64,000 bases of DNA, from assembly GCA_964402565.1 (NCBI GenBank), contig CAYOCJ010000002.1:234982-298981 (forward strand), given 5' to 3'. The DNA comes from an uncultured Gammaproteobacteria bacterium. GTDB taxonomy: Bacteria > Patescibacteriota > Patescibacteriia > UBA1558 > 2-01-FULL-52-15. Below, in pieces: positions 47,322-57,830 of the stretch. The notes beneath the pieces are model-generated. The model made no database searches and had not been told where the DNA came from. It saw only the letters and a list, made by a program, of their open reading frames with translations. Position 1 is the stretch's first letter. Each line of letters begins with the position of its first letter. A program made the translations under genes and the position numbers.

Positions 47322-48263
47322 CTAACGCGAGCGCTCCACTATTTGCTTGATGCCTTTTTTCAGACCGTTGGCTGATTTTTTGAGCAGCCGTTGTTCATTG
47401 GTGCTCAGGTTTAGTTTGAGCTGTTCATGAATGCCGCCGCGGCCGACAATGCACGGCACGCTTAAGGAAACATTCGAGATGCCGTAGTATCCTTTCAGCA
47501 TATGCGATACCGGCAGTACGGACCGGTCGTCGCCGATAATGGATTTTACGATCGCTTTGATGCCCGCGCCGATGGCATAATAGGTAGCCTGTTTGCCGGC
47601 GATGATGGTGTAGGCTGCATTTTTTGCTTTCTTAAACAGCGAGTCCATGGCCTTTTTGCTATAGCCAGGGAATTCTTGTATGAGTACATTGCCGATAGTC
47701 GCGCTGCTCCATAATGGAAACTCTGAATCGCCGTGTTCTCCGATAATATAGGCATGGATGCTTTGCGGATTAACCTTGAAATGTTCGCCAAGCAAATATC
47801 GTAAACGAGCTGAATCAAGAACGGTTCCAGAACCAAAGATTTGCTTTTCTTTATTCGGGAACATCCGGATCGCCTGGTAGGTGAGTACATCAACCGGGTT
47901 CGTAACCATGAGAACGATAGCGTGCGGATTCGCTTTGAAGATTTGAGGTACTACATCGGCAATGATTTGTGAGTTTTGCTTGATCAGATCGAGCCGGGTT
48001 TCTCCGGGTTTCTGATTTGCGCCGCAGGTGACCACAACAACGCTACAATCGCTGACATTTTTGTAGGTTCCGACGGTCACTTTGCAATGTCCCCAAAACG
48101 GCATTGAATGCTGGAGGTCCATCGCTTGCGATCTAGCCAGCTTCTGATTGACATCGATCAATACGATATCATCGACTATATCGCCTGCCATCAAGGCGTA
48201 TGCTGCAGTACTTCCCACGAAGCCTGCGCCAATGATAGCTACCTTGCGTTTATTCATGTGCAT
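47322..48263 (-). CDS. ldh: L-lactate dehydrogenase (LDH/MDH family)
   Basis: KVAIIGAGFVGSTAAYAL, IDVNQKLARSQAMDLQH, ITCGANQKPGETRLDL, IIGEHGDS catalytic His. Confidence 0.8.
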   Translation of the reverse strand: MHMNKRKVAIIGAGFVGSTAAYALMAGDIVDDIVLIDVNQKLARSQAMDLQHSMPFWGHCKVTVGTYKNVSDCSVVVVTCGANQKPGETRLDLIKQNSQIIADVVPQIFKANPHAIVLMVTNPVDVLTYQAIRMFPNKEKQIFGSGTVLDSARLRYLLGEHFKVNPQSIHAYIIGEHGDSEFPLWSSATIGNVLIQEFPGYSKKAMDSLFKKAKNAAYTIIAGKQATYYAIGAGIKAIVKSIIGDDRSVLPVSHMLKGYYGISNVSLSVPCIVGRGGIHEQLKLNLSTNEQRLLKKSANGLKKGIKQIVERSR

Positions 48264-48336
48264 AGTTTTGCTTTACTCCATTTTAACATAGTCAGGTATT
48301 TTTGCTATACTAAGAGCATCACAATAGCTATATTTT

Positions 48337-51300
48337 ATGGGTGAACCATTAATGCCAGGAGGAGGGGTCCATGATCCAGAGCGAAAGCCTTCCGGCGTTG
48401 ATCCGGATAGAGAATCTCCCGTAAACGATCTGGGGGCAGATGATGCACCTCATCTTACTGTTGAACGCCCGCCCCAGGACTCTGATCACGCAGCTCTGGA
48501 TGATGCGGCAGGAAGTTTAGAGTTGAACGAGTATGAAAATGATTTTTATGCTGGCTTGCCCGCTGAAGGCGGCTTGCCTGACATAGTCGATTTTTTGAGC
48601 TCCTGGAGTCACCCGGTCATCGATGAAACAGGAAAATCCTTTACGTCCCAGGAGATAGCCTCAACTATGCTCGAAATCGAGACCTATTTGAAGGGTAGTC
48701 CCAAGGCGACTCCCGCTGACGAAAATTTGAAAGCATTGCTTGACCGCATTCCCACCTATGGCGCTTTGAAGGCGACAGTATATAATCGTCTAGACTTTGC
48801 ATTACCGATTCCTGATGACGCAGTACTGACAAATCCTGACGCAATGCCAGCTGCCGCAAAGCCCGCAGATGATCCAGCAACCCCTGACACTCCAGCCTCA
48901 CCTGATGCTGGCGCAACTTCTGACACAGCGACTCCTGATGCTCAATCATTGCCCGATGAAGCTTCAAAAACTGGCTCACCTGCAGCACCAGATGCCGCTA
49001 CCGCTGATTCACCTGATGTGCCGCTGGTAGCGCCGACACCGCCAGTTGAAACTCCTCCGGATGCCGCTGAAGGTAAACCAGATGATGCAGGCGAACTGGA
49101 ACCGGAATTAGTTTTTGAGTCGGGTGACTCGCTTGTCGAAGAAAAAATTGGAGAGCGGACTATCATTGGTGCTTTTAATACACGCGAAGGCGGATACAAT
49201 GTAACAAGATACCAAAAGACCGGTAAGCGGGATCATTATGTCTTGAAGGAGGACATGATACGCCAGATGCTCTCAGGCCAGCGGAAAGAAGGTACGTGGA
49301 AATTTGAAAAGAAAGGAGCGCAAGCAGCTGACACAAGACCTGACGAACCAAAGGGTCCGGACGCGCCTGTCGATGCGCCGCCGATAGATGCGCCTGATGG
49401 AAAAGGCGCAGAGCCCAAAACTGACGACGCGCCCAAAGGACCTGAAACACCCGTACCAGTAGAACCAAAAACCCCTGATGCGCCAGGCGATGGTAAGCCG
49501 CCGGCCGGAGATCCGAAGCCTGAGCCTAAATCCGAACCAAAACCTGAACAACGGGATGATATTTTTAAGGAGGAGAACTTGCTCAAAGAGCTGGAGCTTT
49601 TTGGCATAAGCAAAGCCGATATGGAAAAGGTAGAGGGGTATGCAGGCTTGTCACTGGGACAAAAGTGGGTGATGCTTGAGAATTTCAAACAGTCAGCAGT
49701 CGGCCGTATCCATGAGGACTCCGCTCGTTCGCTGCAAATGAAAACGTCGAAAGCAGCTATACCAAAGAGGCTCTGGATGGCAATCGTACAACCATATTTT
49801 CTTTCGAAGGAGCGGAAAGCTCAAGCAAGCGCGATAGAAAAAGGAGGCATAGCGGAGCACGGAGAAACACTCATGGCTCTGGCGCAGGGCATGGCAGAAT
49901 TCGGCCCTGAAGTTGCGATCGTGGATGGCGCTCTAGAGACGCAATTCATAAACACGAAAGAGATAGTAGATTTTGAGAAGATGAGTGATGAAGAGAAAGA
50001 AATTATCTCAGAATATAATCATTCTGCGAATTCCTTTTCAATGACACCCTATGAATGGTCATTATCTACTGCTTCTGGCTCAGAGCGCAGAAAATATGCT
50101 CGGGCTGAAAAGATGTTCATAGAAGCGCGCGATGCTTTGCGGTTAGCCAATGCAGCGCGAGTGGAAGATCAAAAAAAGCCGACCATGGATATTTTTGGAG
50201 CTGACGAACAAGTGCGATTGCAGCAAATGCTGAACCAGCATCAGGATGTGGAGCAGACATTACTCGATATAAAATCTGACCGCAGCTGGAAGCCGGTCTT
50301 GAAAACCATGGCTTCAGCTTCTGGGAAAGGACTGTATTTCGCCGGTGGCTTCGCTGCAAGAAGTGCTGCTGTCGGCCTGCTGGGCACCTTGGGAGCGCCG
50401 GTTATGGCGGCCGGGATTGGCGGCATCAATGGATGGCTAAGGAGCAAAAAAGAGCTGCTCGAACAGGATCGTTTGGCACGAAAAGGCTTGGTGACCAATA
50501 AAGAAACAGCCCGCAACGTGGTGGCCGCGGATAAGGTTATTGAGAAAAAAGCCAAGGAAGGTGAAGAACAGATGAAGGAAATTCCGGTTGGTTTGTCCAA
50601 TAAACTTGATGCATTGATGGCACGCATTGCCCAAGCACCAGACGGCTCGGATGAAAAAAAGAAATTGATGGTTTCTCTGAAAGCGCGCATGGATTATACC
50701 GATACCAAGATCAATAACGGTTTGGTTTCATTCGGCACTGGTGCAGAATCTATTGCGGGTAAATTCTCGCTTGCAGAATCGCTTGCGAAAGCGAACATGG
50801 TCCTTGAGATCGAAAAGCCAAATGCTGAAGTTGTGCAGTCATTGAATACTAGAATTGACCGATACCTGGCACGGGCTGACAAGAAAATAGATCAAAAGCG
50901 CTGGGAGTATACAAAAAAGAATATAAAGAAAGGCGCTTTGTGGGCTGGCATTATTTCGGGCGCTGGTGTCGGCACGAGAGCGATCGCCGAGCACTATCAT
51001 TGGCTCGATGGCGCCACGGCTTGGGCGAAAGACCATATGCCGTTCCGCGGAGGACATGCGCACCCGCATTATGAGGCAACACCGGTTACGCCAGGTTCTG
51101 AACCGTATGTGCCTACAACGCTTGATACCCATGATTACCTGCATGACGCAGAGGTGCTGCACACCCATCCTGAGTGGGAAGGTATTGCGCCGGATGCAGC
51201 GACGCAGGGCGTTGCGAATGACGGAAGTGTTGAAGCTATGGTGCATGAGGCAGTCGCAAAATCAGCTGCAGAGAGTGTTCCAGCTGTCCATGTAGAAATT

Positions 51301-52302
51301 CATGAGGGTGAAGGAATGATCAAAGCATTGACCCGCAGCCTCGAAGAGCAGCATCACCTGGATCATGAGAAAGCGGCCGAGCTTGCAAATCAGCTCTATG
51401 TATCTGATGCTGACAGGATGTACGACTTGGTACATGCCGGAGATACATTCGATATTAACCTGAAGGACGTTCATGATCTGGATTTTTACACCAAGAGCGC
51501 TGCAGAGCTTGCGAAGTCGGCCGATTATGATCCGTCACATTTCGAAAGCGCGAGCGGCATAGAACCTCAGATGGATCTGCCAGATATAGCGCATCACGCT
51601 GAAATACCTGCTGCGACACCAGATCATGCGGTGCATGCGGTTGATCTCAATGCAGCAAAAAATGCACCTCATTTCGCGAACGCTGCTACGGAAAAGTATT
51701 TTTCTGATCACGGAGTCCGCTATGACCAGGAAACAGGTAATTTATTTTTCAATCACGACAATCACATTTTGACGTACCGGATAAAAGATCACCTCGCAGG
51801 CTACGATAATACACTTTCAGTCGATACGGACGGCAATTATCATTTGACTCAGACTGACGGACACTCGACGCGGGTATTTTCTTTTGACAAGGACGGGCAG
51901 ATCCTGCCGTCCGCATCACCGCATGTCGAACAGCCGATAGCGCCAAAGGCGCCGGAAAATTTCAACAATTCATTGGTAGTCGAGGGTAGAGGAGCTGCTA
52001 AATTGCTCGATAGAAAGATGTCTATGAATAAAATGCTCGATTATCTGGAGTCGACGCATCCCGGCCTTCATAAAAAACTCGATGCCATGTCTGCACTTGA
52101 GGCAGCAGGCAGGAAGGGCGCATTTGTGAAGCACCTGGAATCTGCCCTTGGCATCACCAAATCTGAAGCTAGTAAATTGGCTAAACCGATCCGGTTCATT
52201 TTCGAACACGCTGAAAAAGGTTTTAAAGCCGGAGGCGAACCGCTTGAGTCTGATGATACGATCGGAGCAACATTGGACCGCCTCAAACTGGAAGTAAAAT
52301 AG
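48337..52302 (+). CDS. Giant hypothetical protein (1321 aa) with Pro/Asp/Ala-rich low-complexity N-terminal third, central Gly-zipper hydrophobic segments and His-rich C-terminal half
   Basis: Single uninterrupted ORF. No N-terminal signal peptide seen. Hydrophobic GLYFAGGFAARSAAVGLLGTLGAPVMAAGIGGINGWL and ALWAGIISGAGVGTRAI segments. HAHPHYE / HTHPEWE / HHLDHEK His clusters. Confidence 0.7.
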   Translation: MGEPLMPGGGVHDPERKPSGVDPDRESPVNDLGADDAPHLTVERPPQDSDHAALDDAAGSLELNEYENDFYAGLPAEGGLPDIVDFLSSWSHPVIDETGKSFTSQEIASTMLEIETYLKGSPKATPADENLKALLDRIPTYGALKATVYNRLDFALPIPDDAVLTNPDAMPAAAKPADDPATPDTPASPDAGATSDTATPDAQSLPDEASKTGSPAAPDAATADSPDVPLVAPTPPVETPPDAAEGKPDDAGELEPELVFESGDSLVEEKIGERTIIGAFNTREGGYNVTRYQKTGKRDHYVLKEDMIRQMLSGQRKEGTWKFEKKGAQAADTRPDEPKGPDAPVDAPPIDAPDGKGAEPKTDDAPKGPETPVPVEPKTPDAPGDGKPPAGDPKPEPKSEPKPEQRDDIFKEENLLKELELFGISKADMEKVEGYAGLSLGQKWVMLENFKQSAVGRIHEDSARSLQMKTSKAAIPKRLWMAIVQPYFLSKERKAQASAIEKGGIAEHGETLMALAQGMAEFGPEVAIVDGALETQFINTKEIVDFEKMSDEEKEIISEYNHSANSFSMTPYEWSLSTASGSERRKYARAEKMFIEARDALRLANAARVEDQKKPTMDIFGADEQVRLQQMLNQHQDVEQTLLDIKSDRSWKPVLKTMASASGKGLYFAGGFAARSAAVGLLGTLGAPVMAAGIGGINGWLRSKKELLEQDRLARKGLVTNKETARNVVAADKVIEKKAKEGEEQMKEIPVGLSNKLDALMARIAQAPDGSDEKKKLMVSLKARMDYTDTKINNGLVSFGTGAESIAGKFSLAESLAKANMVLEIEKPNAEVVQSLNTRIDRYLARADKKIDQKRWEYTKKNIKKGALWAGIISGAGVGTRAIAEHYHWLDGATAWAKDHMPFRGGHAHPHYEATPVTPGSEPYVPTTLDTHDYLHDAEVLHTHPEWEGIAPDAATQGVANDGSVEAMVHEAVAKSAAESVPAVHVEIHEGEGMIKALTRSLEEQHHLDHEKAAELANQLYVSDADRMYDLVHAGDTFDINLKDVHDLDFYTKSAAELAKSADYDPSHFESASGIEPQMDLPDIAHHAEIPAATPDHAVHAVDLNAAKNAPHFANAATEKYFSDHGVRYDQETGNLFFNHDNHILTYRIKDHLAGYDNTLSVDTDGNYHLTQTDGHSTRVFSFDKDGQILPSASPHVEQPIAPKAPENFNNSLVVEGRGAAKLLDRKMSMNKMLDYLESTHPGLHKKLDAMSALEAAGRKGAFVKHLESALGITKSEASKLAKPIRFIFEHAEKGFKAGGEPLESDDTIGATLDRLKLEVK

Positions 52303-52320
52303 AACGTTCGCACATAAAAC

Positions 52321-52352
52321 ACCGCCGGCCCCGAATGGGGCCGGCGGTTTCT
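52321..52352. terminator. Bidirectional terminator (12-bp GC stem)
   Basis: accgccggcccc-gaat-ggggccggcggt followed by TTCTG. Lies between convergent genes. Confidence 0.55.
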
Positions 52353-52367
52353 GCATACAGCAGCATG

Positions 52368-53354
52368 TTAATCCAGTCCTACAAGTTCGCGCACCGCTTT
52401 CATATTCTTCTGAGCAATGGAGCGGGCACGTTTCGCTCCGTCTGCTAATATTTTTTCAACCTCAGCAGGATGTTTTTCGTAATATGCTTGCTTTTCTTGT
52501 ATCGGCTCGAGGAATTTAATAATGCTGTCTGCAAGCTCTTTTTTCAAAACAGCGTATGAAAGTTTTTTGAGCTTATACTGTTCCTGGTACTGCTCAAACA
52601 CTCCCTCTGGCCCGAAATGCTTATACAGCGTGAGCAGATTATGACCGCCGCCAAGTGTGGACTCATCATTCAGTGAATCAGTCACCGCTTTTGAGATCTT
52701 CTTTGTTACTACTTCGGGCTTATCACGCAAGGCAATGTAGCTTGATGGCCCCAATGACTTGCTCATTTTTTTCATCGGGTCATTCAAGGACATGACTCGA
52801 ATATCCTCGGAGAGTATCGGCTCTACTTCCGGAAAGAAATTGCCGAAGCGATTATTGAACTTGCGGGCGATGATGCGCGCCAGCTCAAGATGCTGCAATT
52901 GATCTTCGCCAATAGGCACGTATTGTCCGCGGTACAGAAGTATGTCGGCCGTTTGCAAGACCGGGTAGGTGAGTAAACCGGCATTCGCGGGTTTTTTCTG
53001 GAAACCCACCAGATCTTTGTACTGGGTCATGCGGGTAAGTTCGCTGACCGGGGTGACGCAATCAAAAATCCATGCAAGTTCGGTATGCTCAGGGACATCG
53101 GACTGTCTGAAGAGAAGAGATTTTTTTGGATCAATGCCGACAGACAGCATATCAACCGCCATCTTGAACGTATTGGCCCGAAGTTCCTCGGGGTCTATAT
53201 CAATCGTCAACGCATGATAATTTACCAGGAAGTAAATAGTCTCATACTGTCCCTGTAGGTCCACACAATTTTTCATCATGCCTAAATAATTCCCGAGATG
53301 GGCTTCACCGGTTGGCTTGATGCCTGATACGAGGATTTTTTTCATATAGGCCAT
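52368..53354 (-). CDS. trpS: Tryptophan--tRNA ligase
   Basis: SGIKPTGEAHLGNYLG (HIGH-type), KMSKSLGPSS (KMSKS), 328 aa. Confidence 0.9.
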   Translation of the reverse strand: MAYMKKILVSGIKPTGEAHLGNYLGMMKNCVDLQGQYETIYFLVNYHALTIDIDPEELRANTFKMAVDMLSVGIDPKKSLLFRQSDVPEHTELAWIFDCVTPVSELTRMTQYKDLVGFQKKPANAGLLTYPVLQTADILLYRGQYVPIGEDQLQHLELARIIARKFNNRFGNFFPEVEPILSEDIRVMSLNDPMKKMSKSLGPSSYIALRDKPEVVTKKISKAVTDSLNDESTLGGGHNLLTLYKHFGPEGVFEQYQEQYKLKKLSYAVLKKELADSIIKFLEPIQEKQAYYEKHPAEVEKILADGAKRARSIAQKNMKAVRELVGLD

Positions 53355-53462
53355 TGTAGCAGATTTGACTCGGCATTGACCAGCGCCTTGCCATATGTTA
53401 AGCTATTTTTCACTTAGTTTCGTACATTCGAGTTCTATAAACACTTTCACAAGGAGAGCCTC

Positions 53463-53756
53463 ATGGACTTACCGGTACGAAGAGGAAAAGCGGCTATGAA
53501 AATTCGATTCTTCAACCACGTCGAGATTCGTAGCGCTACCGCAGGTGTCGTTTCGTACAATGTGTACTGCGTCGAACACGAAGACCATCTCGGCATCAAG
53601 GTCCATATCAAGCTTTCCGGAGACGGTCATTCCGAAATCATCGGGCCGTGCGATAAGACCTGTCAGGAAGTTGAAGAACAATTTCGATCAGGAGGCGCTT
53701 TCAGCAAGGTAGTGAGCTTTCTGAACGCGTACAAAGCTGCGGGTACGACATCATAA
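53463..53756 (+). CDS. Hypothetical protein (97 aa)
   Basis: AAGGAGAG SD. Candidate promoter TTGACC-17-TAAGCT upstream. Followed by the terminator at 53774-53830. Confidence 0.45.
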   Translation: MDLPVRRGKAAMKIRFFNHVEIRSATAGVVSYNVYCVEHEDHLGIKVHIKLSGDGHSEIIGPCDKTCQEVEEQFRSGGAFSKVVSFLNAYKAAGTTS

Positions 53757-53826
53757 CTTGCAATTTTCGTGAGAAACCCGCGCTCAGTAATTCGCTAGAA
53801 GCGAGTGAAAAGCGCGGGTTTTGTTT

Positions 53827-55620
53827 TTACACTTCGATGATAACCGGCAATATCATCGGCCGCCGTTCAGTCTTGAGATAGATGAATTGTCCTAGATCAT
53901 TACGTATCTTATCTTTCAGATAACTGTCATTCACTTCATTGGAAGGCTTATTGTGTCCCGTAATGATCGATTTAATTTTCGCGCGTATCATCTCAACGAG
54001 TTTTTTATTCTCGCGCATATAGATGAAGCCGCGTGAGATGATATCAGGGGAGTTGATGAGTTTGCCGCTTCTGCCGTTCACGGTAGCTATCACAACGATC
54101 ATGCCGTCTTCTGCCATCATTTGGCGATCGCGAAGCACGACCTGTGATACATCGCCGACGCCAAGACCGTCAACGAAGACGTGATCGGTAGGCACCTTGT
54201 GTTTGGTCAGGAAGCCGCCGCGCGAACTGAATTCCAGTATCTGGCCATTGTCAGCGATGAAAATATTTTTCTCAGGAACGCCCGCGCGCATAGCGATTTT
54301 CGCATGAAGTTTCAGGAATGAGTGATGGCCGTGGATAGGCATGAAGTACTTTGGCTTCACCATGGTGATCATGTCGTAGAGGTCTTCTGCCTTTGCGTGT
54401 CCGCCGGCATGCACGTCCATCATCTGGTAGTGGATGACTTCAGCGCCCAGCCTATACAGCTGGTCTTTCAGCTTTTGTACTGAACGTTCATTTCCAGGAA
54501 CCACTGACGATGAGAAAACGACCGTATCGCCCTTTTCGATCGATATCGTTTGATGCTCTTTATTTGCAATACGCATGAGTACAGCGCGGTCTTCGCCCTG
54601 AGCGCCGGTACACATGATGACAATCTTATTGCTGGGGTAATCAGCCATTTCTTTATTGCTGATGATGGTGCCGCGCTTCATCTTCATGTAGCCCAGAGCT
54701 TGGGCGAGTTCTACATTGCGTTTCATGCTGTATCCTTCGATAACCACCTTTTTGTTCAGCTTTTCAGCGGCCCAGATGATCTGCTGGATGCGCGCGATCA
54801 GTGAAGAGAATGTTCCTACGATGACTCTGCCTGGCGCATCAGCGAGGATCTGGTCGATGTTCGTCTGAATTTCTCCTTCGGTCAGCTGTCTGCCGGGGCT
54901 TTTTGCATCCGTAGAGTCTTGCATGAGGATCAATACTGATCCGTCGCCAAGTTTTTTTATTTTCTCGATCTCAGCCGGCCGGTCGCCTGAATAATTCGGA
55001 TCCAGTTTGAAGTCGCCGGTATGCACGACTTTGCCGAACGGCGTTTCAATGACCACGCCCATGGAGTCAGGGATATTGTGGCTCACGCCGAAAAAAGTAA
55101 CGCGGAGGTTGCCGAGTTTCAATACGGTGTCGCGGTCGATGGCTTTCAAATTCAGCGGCGCTGTTTTGAAATCTTCCTGGCGTTTCGCGATGATCCCTAA
55201 GGTCAGCGGCAGTCCATAGATGGTCGGATTGCCGAGGCGGGGGATCAAATGCGGGATGCCGCCGATATGATCGTAGTGACCATGCGTAATGATAACGCCG
55301 CGGATATTTTTTTCTTTGCCTTTGAGGTATTCGATGTTAGGGATGATATAGTCAATGCCGTGCATGTCCTCTTCAGGCCACTGGAGGCCCATATCGACAA
55401 TGATAATATCATGGCCGTATTCGATAAGGGTCATGTTGCGGCCAATTTCTTCAACGCCGCCTAAGGGAATGATGCGGACGACGCCGTCATTCTGTAAGGA
55501 TCGCGGACTGCGATCAATGATGATGTCATCAGGATGGGGTTTTCTGATTGGCATTCTGTGTCTGCCGAGCGGCCGTGGTCCTCGTGAGGAGCGGCGCTGG
55601 GGCTTTCGTGTTTGTACCAT
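53827..55620 (-). CDS. rnj: Ribonuclease J
   Basis: 597 aa. Basic N-terminal extension, VIITHGHYDHIGG beta-lactamase motif, beta-CASP, C-terminal domain. Confidence 0.9.
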   Translation of the reverse strand: MVQTRKPQRRSSRGPRPLGRHRMPIRKPHPDDIIIDRSPRSLQNDGVVRIIPLGGVEEIGRNMTLIEYGHDIIIVDMGLQWPEEDMHGIDYIIPNIEYLKGKEKNIRGVIITHGHYDHIGGIPHLIPRLGNPTIYGLPLTLGIIAKRQEDFKTAPLNLKAIDRDTVLKLGNLRVTFFGVSHNIPDSMGVVIETPFGKVVHTGDFKLDPNYSGDRPAEIEKIKKLGDGSVLILMQDSTDAKSPGRQLTEGEIQTNIDQILADAPGRVIVGTFSSLIARIQQIIWAAEKLNKKVVIEGYSMKRNVELAQALGYMKMKRGTIISNKEMADYPSNKIVIMCTGAQGEDRAVLMRIANKEHQTISIEKGDTVVFSSSVVPGNERSVQKLKDQLYRLGAEVIHYQMMDVHAGGHAKAEDLYDMITMVKPKYFMPIHGHHSFLKLHAKIAMRAGVPEKNIFIADNGQILEFSSRGGFLTKHKVPTDHVFVDGLGVGDVSQVVLRDRQMMAEDGMIVVIATVNGRSGKLINSPDIISRGFIYMRENKKLVEMIRAKIKSIITGHNKPSNEVNDSYLKDKIRNDLGQFIYLKTERRPMILPVIIEV

Positions 55621-55650
55621 ACGGTATCTTTCTTAATGATTTTCTGGCGA

Positions 55651-57435
55651 TTATTTGAATCGCCGTGTCGTCGCAACGTACCAATGGGTGATGCCGTTGA
55701 AACGATCTGAGGGTGTTGCGATATGCTTCAGTTCATCTGCACCCCGGACATTTTTACCGAGAGGGTAAAGATAGGTCGGGTTATAGAGGAAGATCGCAAA
55801 CGCCTCGCTAGTTAATTTAGTTTCGAACTTTTGATAGAGTACTGCCTGGGATGCCGGGTCATTCGTATTGCGCAATTGCTCTAATGCTGAATCGATGTCC
55901 TTATTGCCGAGGAGCGACAGGTTATTGCCTGGGTTCCGGTATTGGCTCGAGTGCCAGAATGCATAGGCATCCTGATTCGAAACAAGGATCTGAGCAAAGA
56001 GAAGCACTTGATAGTCTCTCGGCTCGATGCGTTCCTTCTTAATTTTTGTTTTGTCTACAATCTGGAGATCAACCTTGATGCCGAGGGATTCCCAATTCTC
56101 TTTGATGATGTTCGCGGTCGTTGCATTTTCTTGCTGGTCGCTGGCGGTCAATGCAATAGACAGCTCGGTCTTGTCTTTGGTGCGGATCTTCGTGTCTTCG
56201 CTTCGCTTCCACCCAGCGTCATCGAGGATCTTATTCGCAGTATCTGGATTGAAATTATAATCAACGCGGCCGGTATTGGCGGTATCATTATTTAAAATAA
56301 GTGGCGTATTGATCACATTGCCGCTGCCTCCGATGGCTTCTTTCAGAATTTTGTCGCGATCGATGGCATAGGCGAGCGCTTTGCGGATGGCAGAGTCTTT
56401 CAGCTGAGGATTCTTTTCAGGATTGAAGAAGAGCGCATTATATTGCGGGATGACCAGATCTTTCAATTGTAATGAACGGATTTTTTCAAGATCATCTTTA
56501 TACTCTAGCGGAGCGGATCCTAAGCCATCGACGTTTTTATTTTTCAGCGCATCCAAGGCGGTATCGAAGTCAGGATAGAATTTGAAAGCAAGTTCTTGTA
56601 TATTTGCCGGCGTATCATGATAGTTCACATTGCGCTCCAGCGTAATGCTGCGAATGCCGCCCGCAGTATCCTTCGTTATACTTTTGAATTGATACGGCCC
56701 AGAACCAACGGGTTTTATGTTCGCTTCTGCAAGGCTTGCCTGAGCCGGAGGAATGGAATACCAGAGGTGCTGCGGTATAATGCCGACGGTCAATGCTTCC
56801 AGAAATGAAGGGAACGGCTGTGCGAGAACGAATGAAACAGTTTTATCATCGATGCGCTTCACATCTACGCCGGTGAAGCTGACGCGCAAAGGGCTTTTGA
56901 AAGCCGCGTTCTGTATCGAATCGATCGTGTACACGACGTCGTCTACCGTGAGCGGCTCATTATCATGCCAGGTCAGATTATCGCGCAGGATGAACGTATA
57001 CACTTTTTGATCCTGGCTGATCGTATACTCTTTTGCCAAGTCAGGAACAAGCTGACCTTCGCTATTGGTGCGCATCAAACCGGAGAAGACCAGAGAACTG
57101 AGGTCGCGATCTACATGATTCCCCGGGGCAAGCAAAGGATTAATGAAACGAGGAGTGCCGACCAGGCCTTCAGTATAGGTTCCGCCTATCGCCGGGATCG
57201 GCACCGTGATCTGGAACCATAAGTGAACGAGCAATACAATGAAAGCAATGCATGCGATCGCTACATTTAATCCAACGATCTTTTTTTGTCGCGGATCCAA
57301 CAAACGCGGGAGGTAACGGACTTGTGCAAGTGTTGGCAGTTTTCGCGATTGCAAGCGCTGGAGCAATTGCAGATCTAACGTTTCGTGCGTGGTGAGAAGG
57401 GGGTTTTTGTTTTCACGCTTCCTCTGCCAAAACAA
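55651..57435 (-). CDS. ABC transporter substrate-binding protein, family 5 (peptide/nickel type), membrane-anchored
   Basis: N-terminal TM anchor, then ~530-aa SBP_bac_5-like sequence. Confidence 0.8.
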   Translation of the reverse strand: MFWQRKRENKNPLLTTHETLDLQLLQRLQSRKLPTLAQVRYLPRLLDPRQKKIVGLNVAIACIAFIVLLVHLWFQITVPIPAIGGTYTEGLVGTPRFINPLLAPGNHVDRDLSSLVFSGLMRTNSEGQLVPDLAKEYTISQDQKVYTFILRDNLTWHDNEPLTVDDVVYTIDSIQNAAFKSPLRVSFTGVDVKRIDDKTVSFVLAQPFPSFLEALTVGIIPQHLWYSIPPAQASLAEANIKPVGSGPYQFKSITKDTAGGIRSITLERNVNYHDTPANIQELAFKFYPDFDTALDALKNKNVDGLGSAPLEYKDDLEKIRSLQLKDLVIPQYNALFFNPEKNPQLKDSAIRKALAYAIDRDKILKEAIGGSGNVINTPLILNNDTANTGRVDYNFNPDTANKILDDAGWKRSEDTKIRTKDKTELSIALTASDQQENATTANIIKENWESLGIKVDLQIVDKTKIKKERIEPRDYQVLLFAQILVSNQDAYAFWHSSQYRNPGNNLSLLGNKDIDSALEQLRNTNDPASQAVLYQKFETKLTSEAFAIFLYNPTYLYPLGKNVRGADELKHIATPSDRFNGITHWYVATTRRFK

Positions 57436-57497
57436 AAGAAGCTTTTTGGCCTTTGACCAAACCCCGGACAGGAATCGGATAGGGTTTTTGTAAATGA

Positions 57498-57716
57498 TTA
57501 ACTAACAAAAAGATGAGCAAATGAGATCGCGAGAAACAGTACTGCCAGGACGATGGTCGCACGGAAGATGATCTTCTCGGCGCCGCGTTTGGTTCGGTAT
57601 ATGGTTGAGCTGCCGCCGAATGCCATGCCTAAGCCTGAGCCTTTCTGTTGGACTAGGATAAGCGTAATTAACAATACAGCAACTACAATCTGTAGAATAT
57701 AAATCGTTGTTTTCAT
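57498..57716 (-). CDS. secG: Preprotein translocase subunit SecG
   Basis: 72 aa. Two TM helices with LVQQKGSGLGMAFGG loop. Confidence 0.8.
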   Translation of the reverse strand: MKTTIYILQIVVAVLLITLILVQQKGSGLGMAFGGSSTIYRTKRGAEKIIFRATIVLAVLFLAISFAHLFVS

Positions 57717-57830
57717 AGAAAACTTACAATGGAACTATAGTAGCAGAAAAAATCTTTTCTGTCAATAAATGTTTGAAAGCCACCGCGTGCGCGATGGCTT
57801 TCTGTGGGGCTGAAGTGATTCCAGAAGCTA

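Noticed and set aside
48665-49688. Several 85-150-aa minus-strand ORFs antisense to the 5' third of the giant gene
   Set aside because: They arise from the repetitive Pro/Ala/Asp codons of the sense strand. Ser/Gly/Ala-rich and with no start signals.
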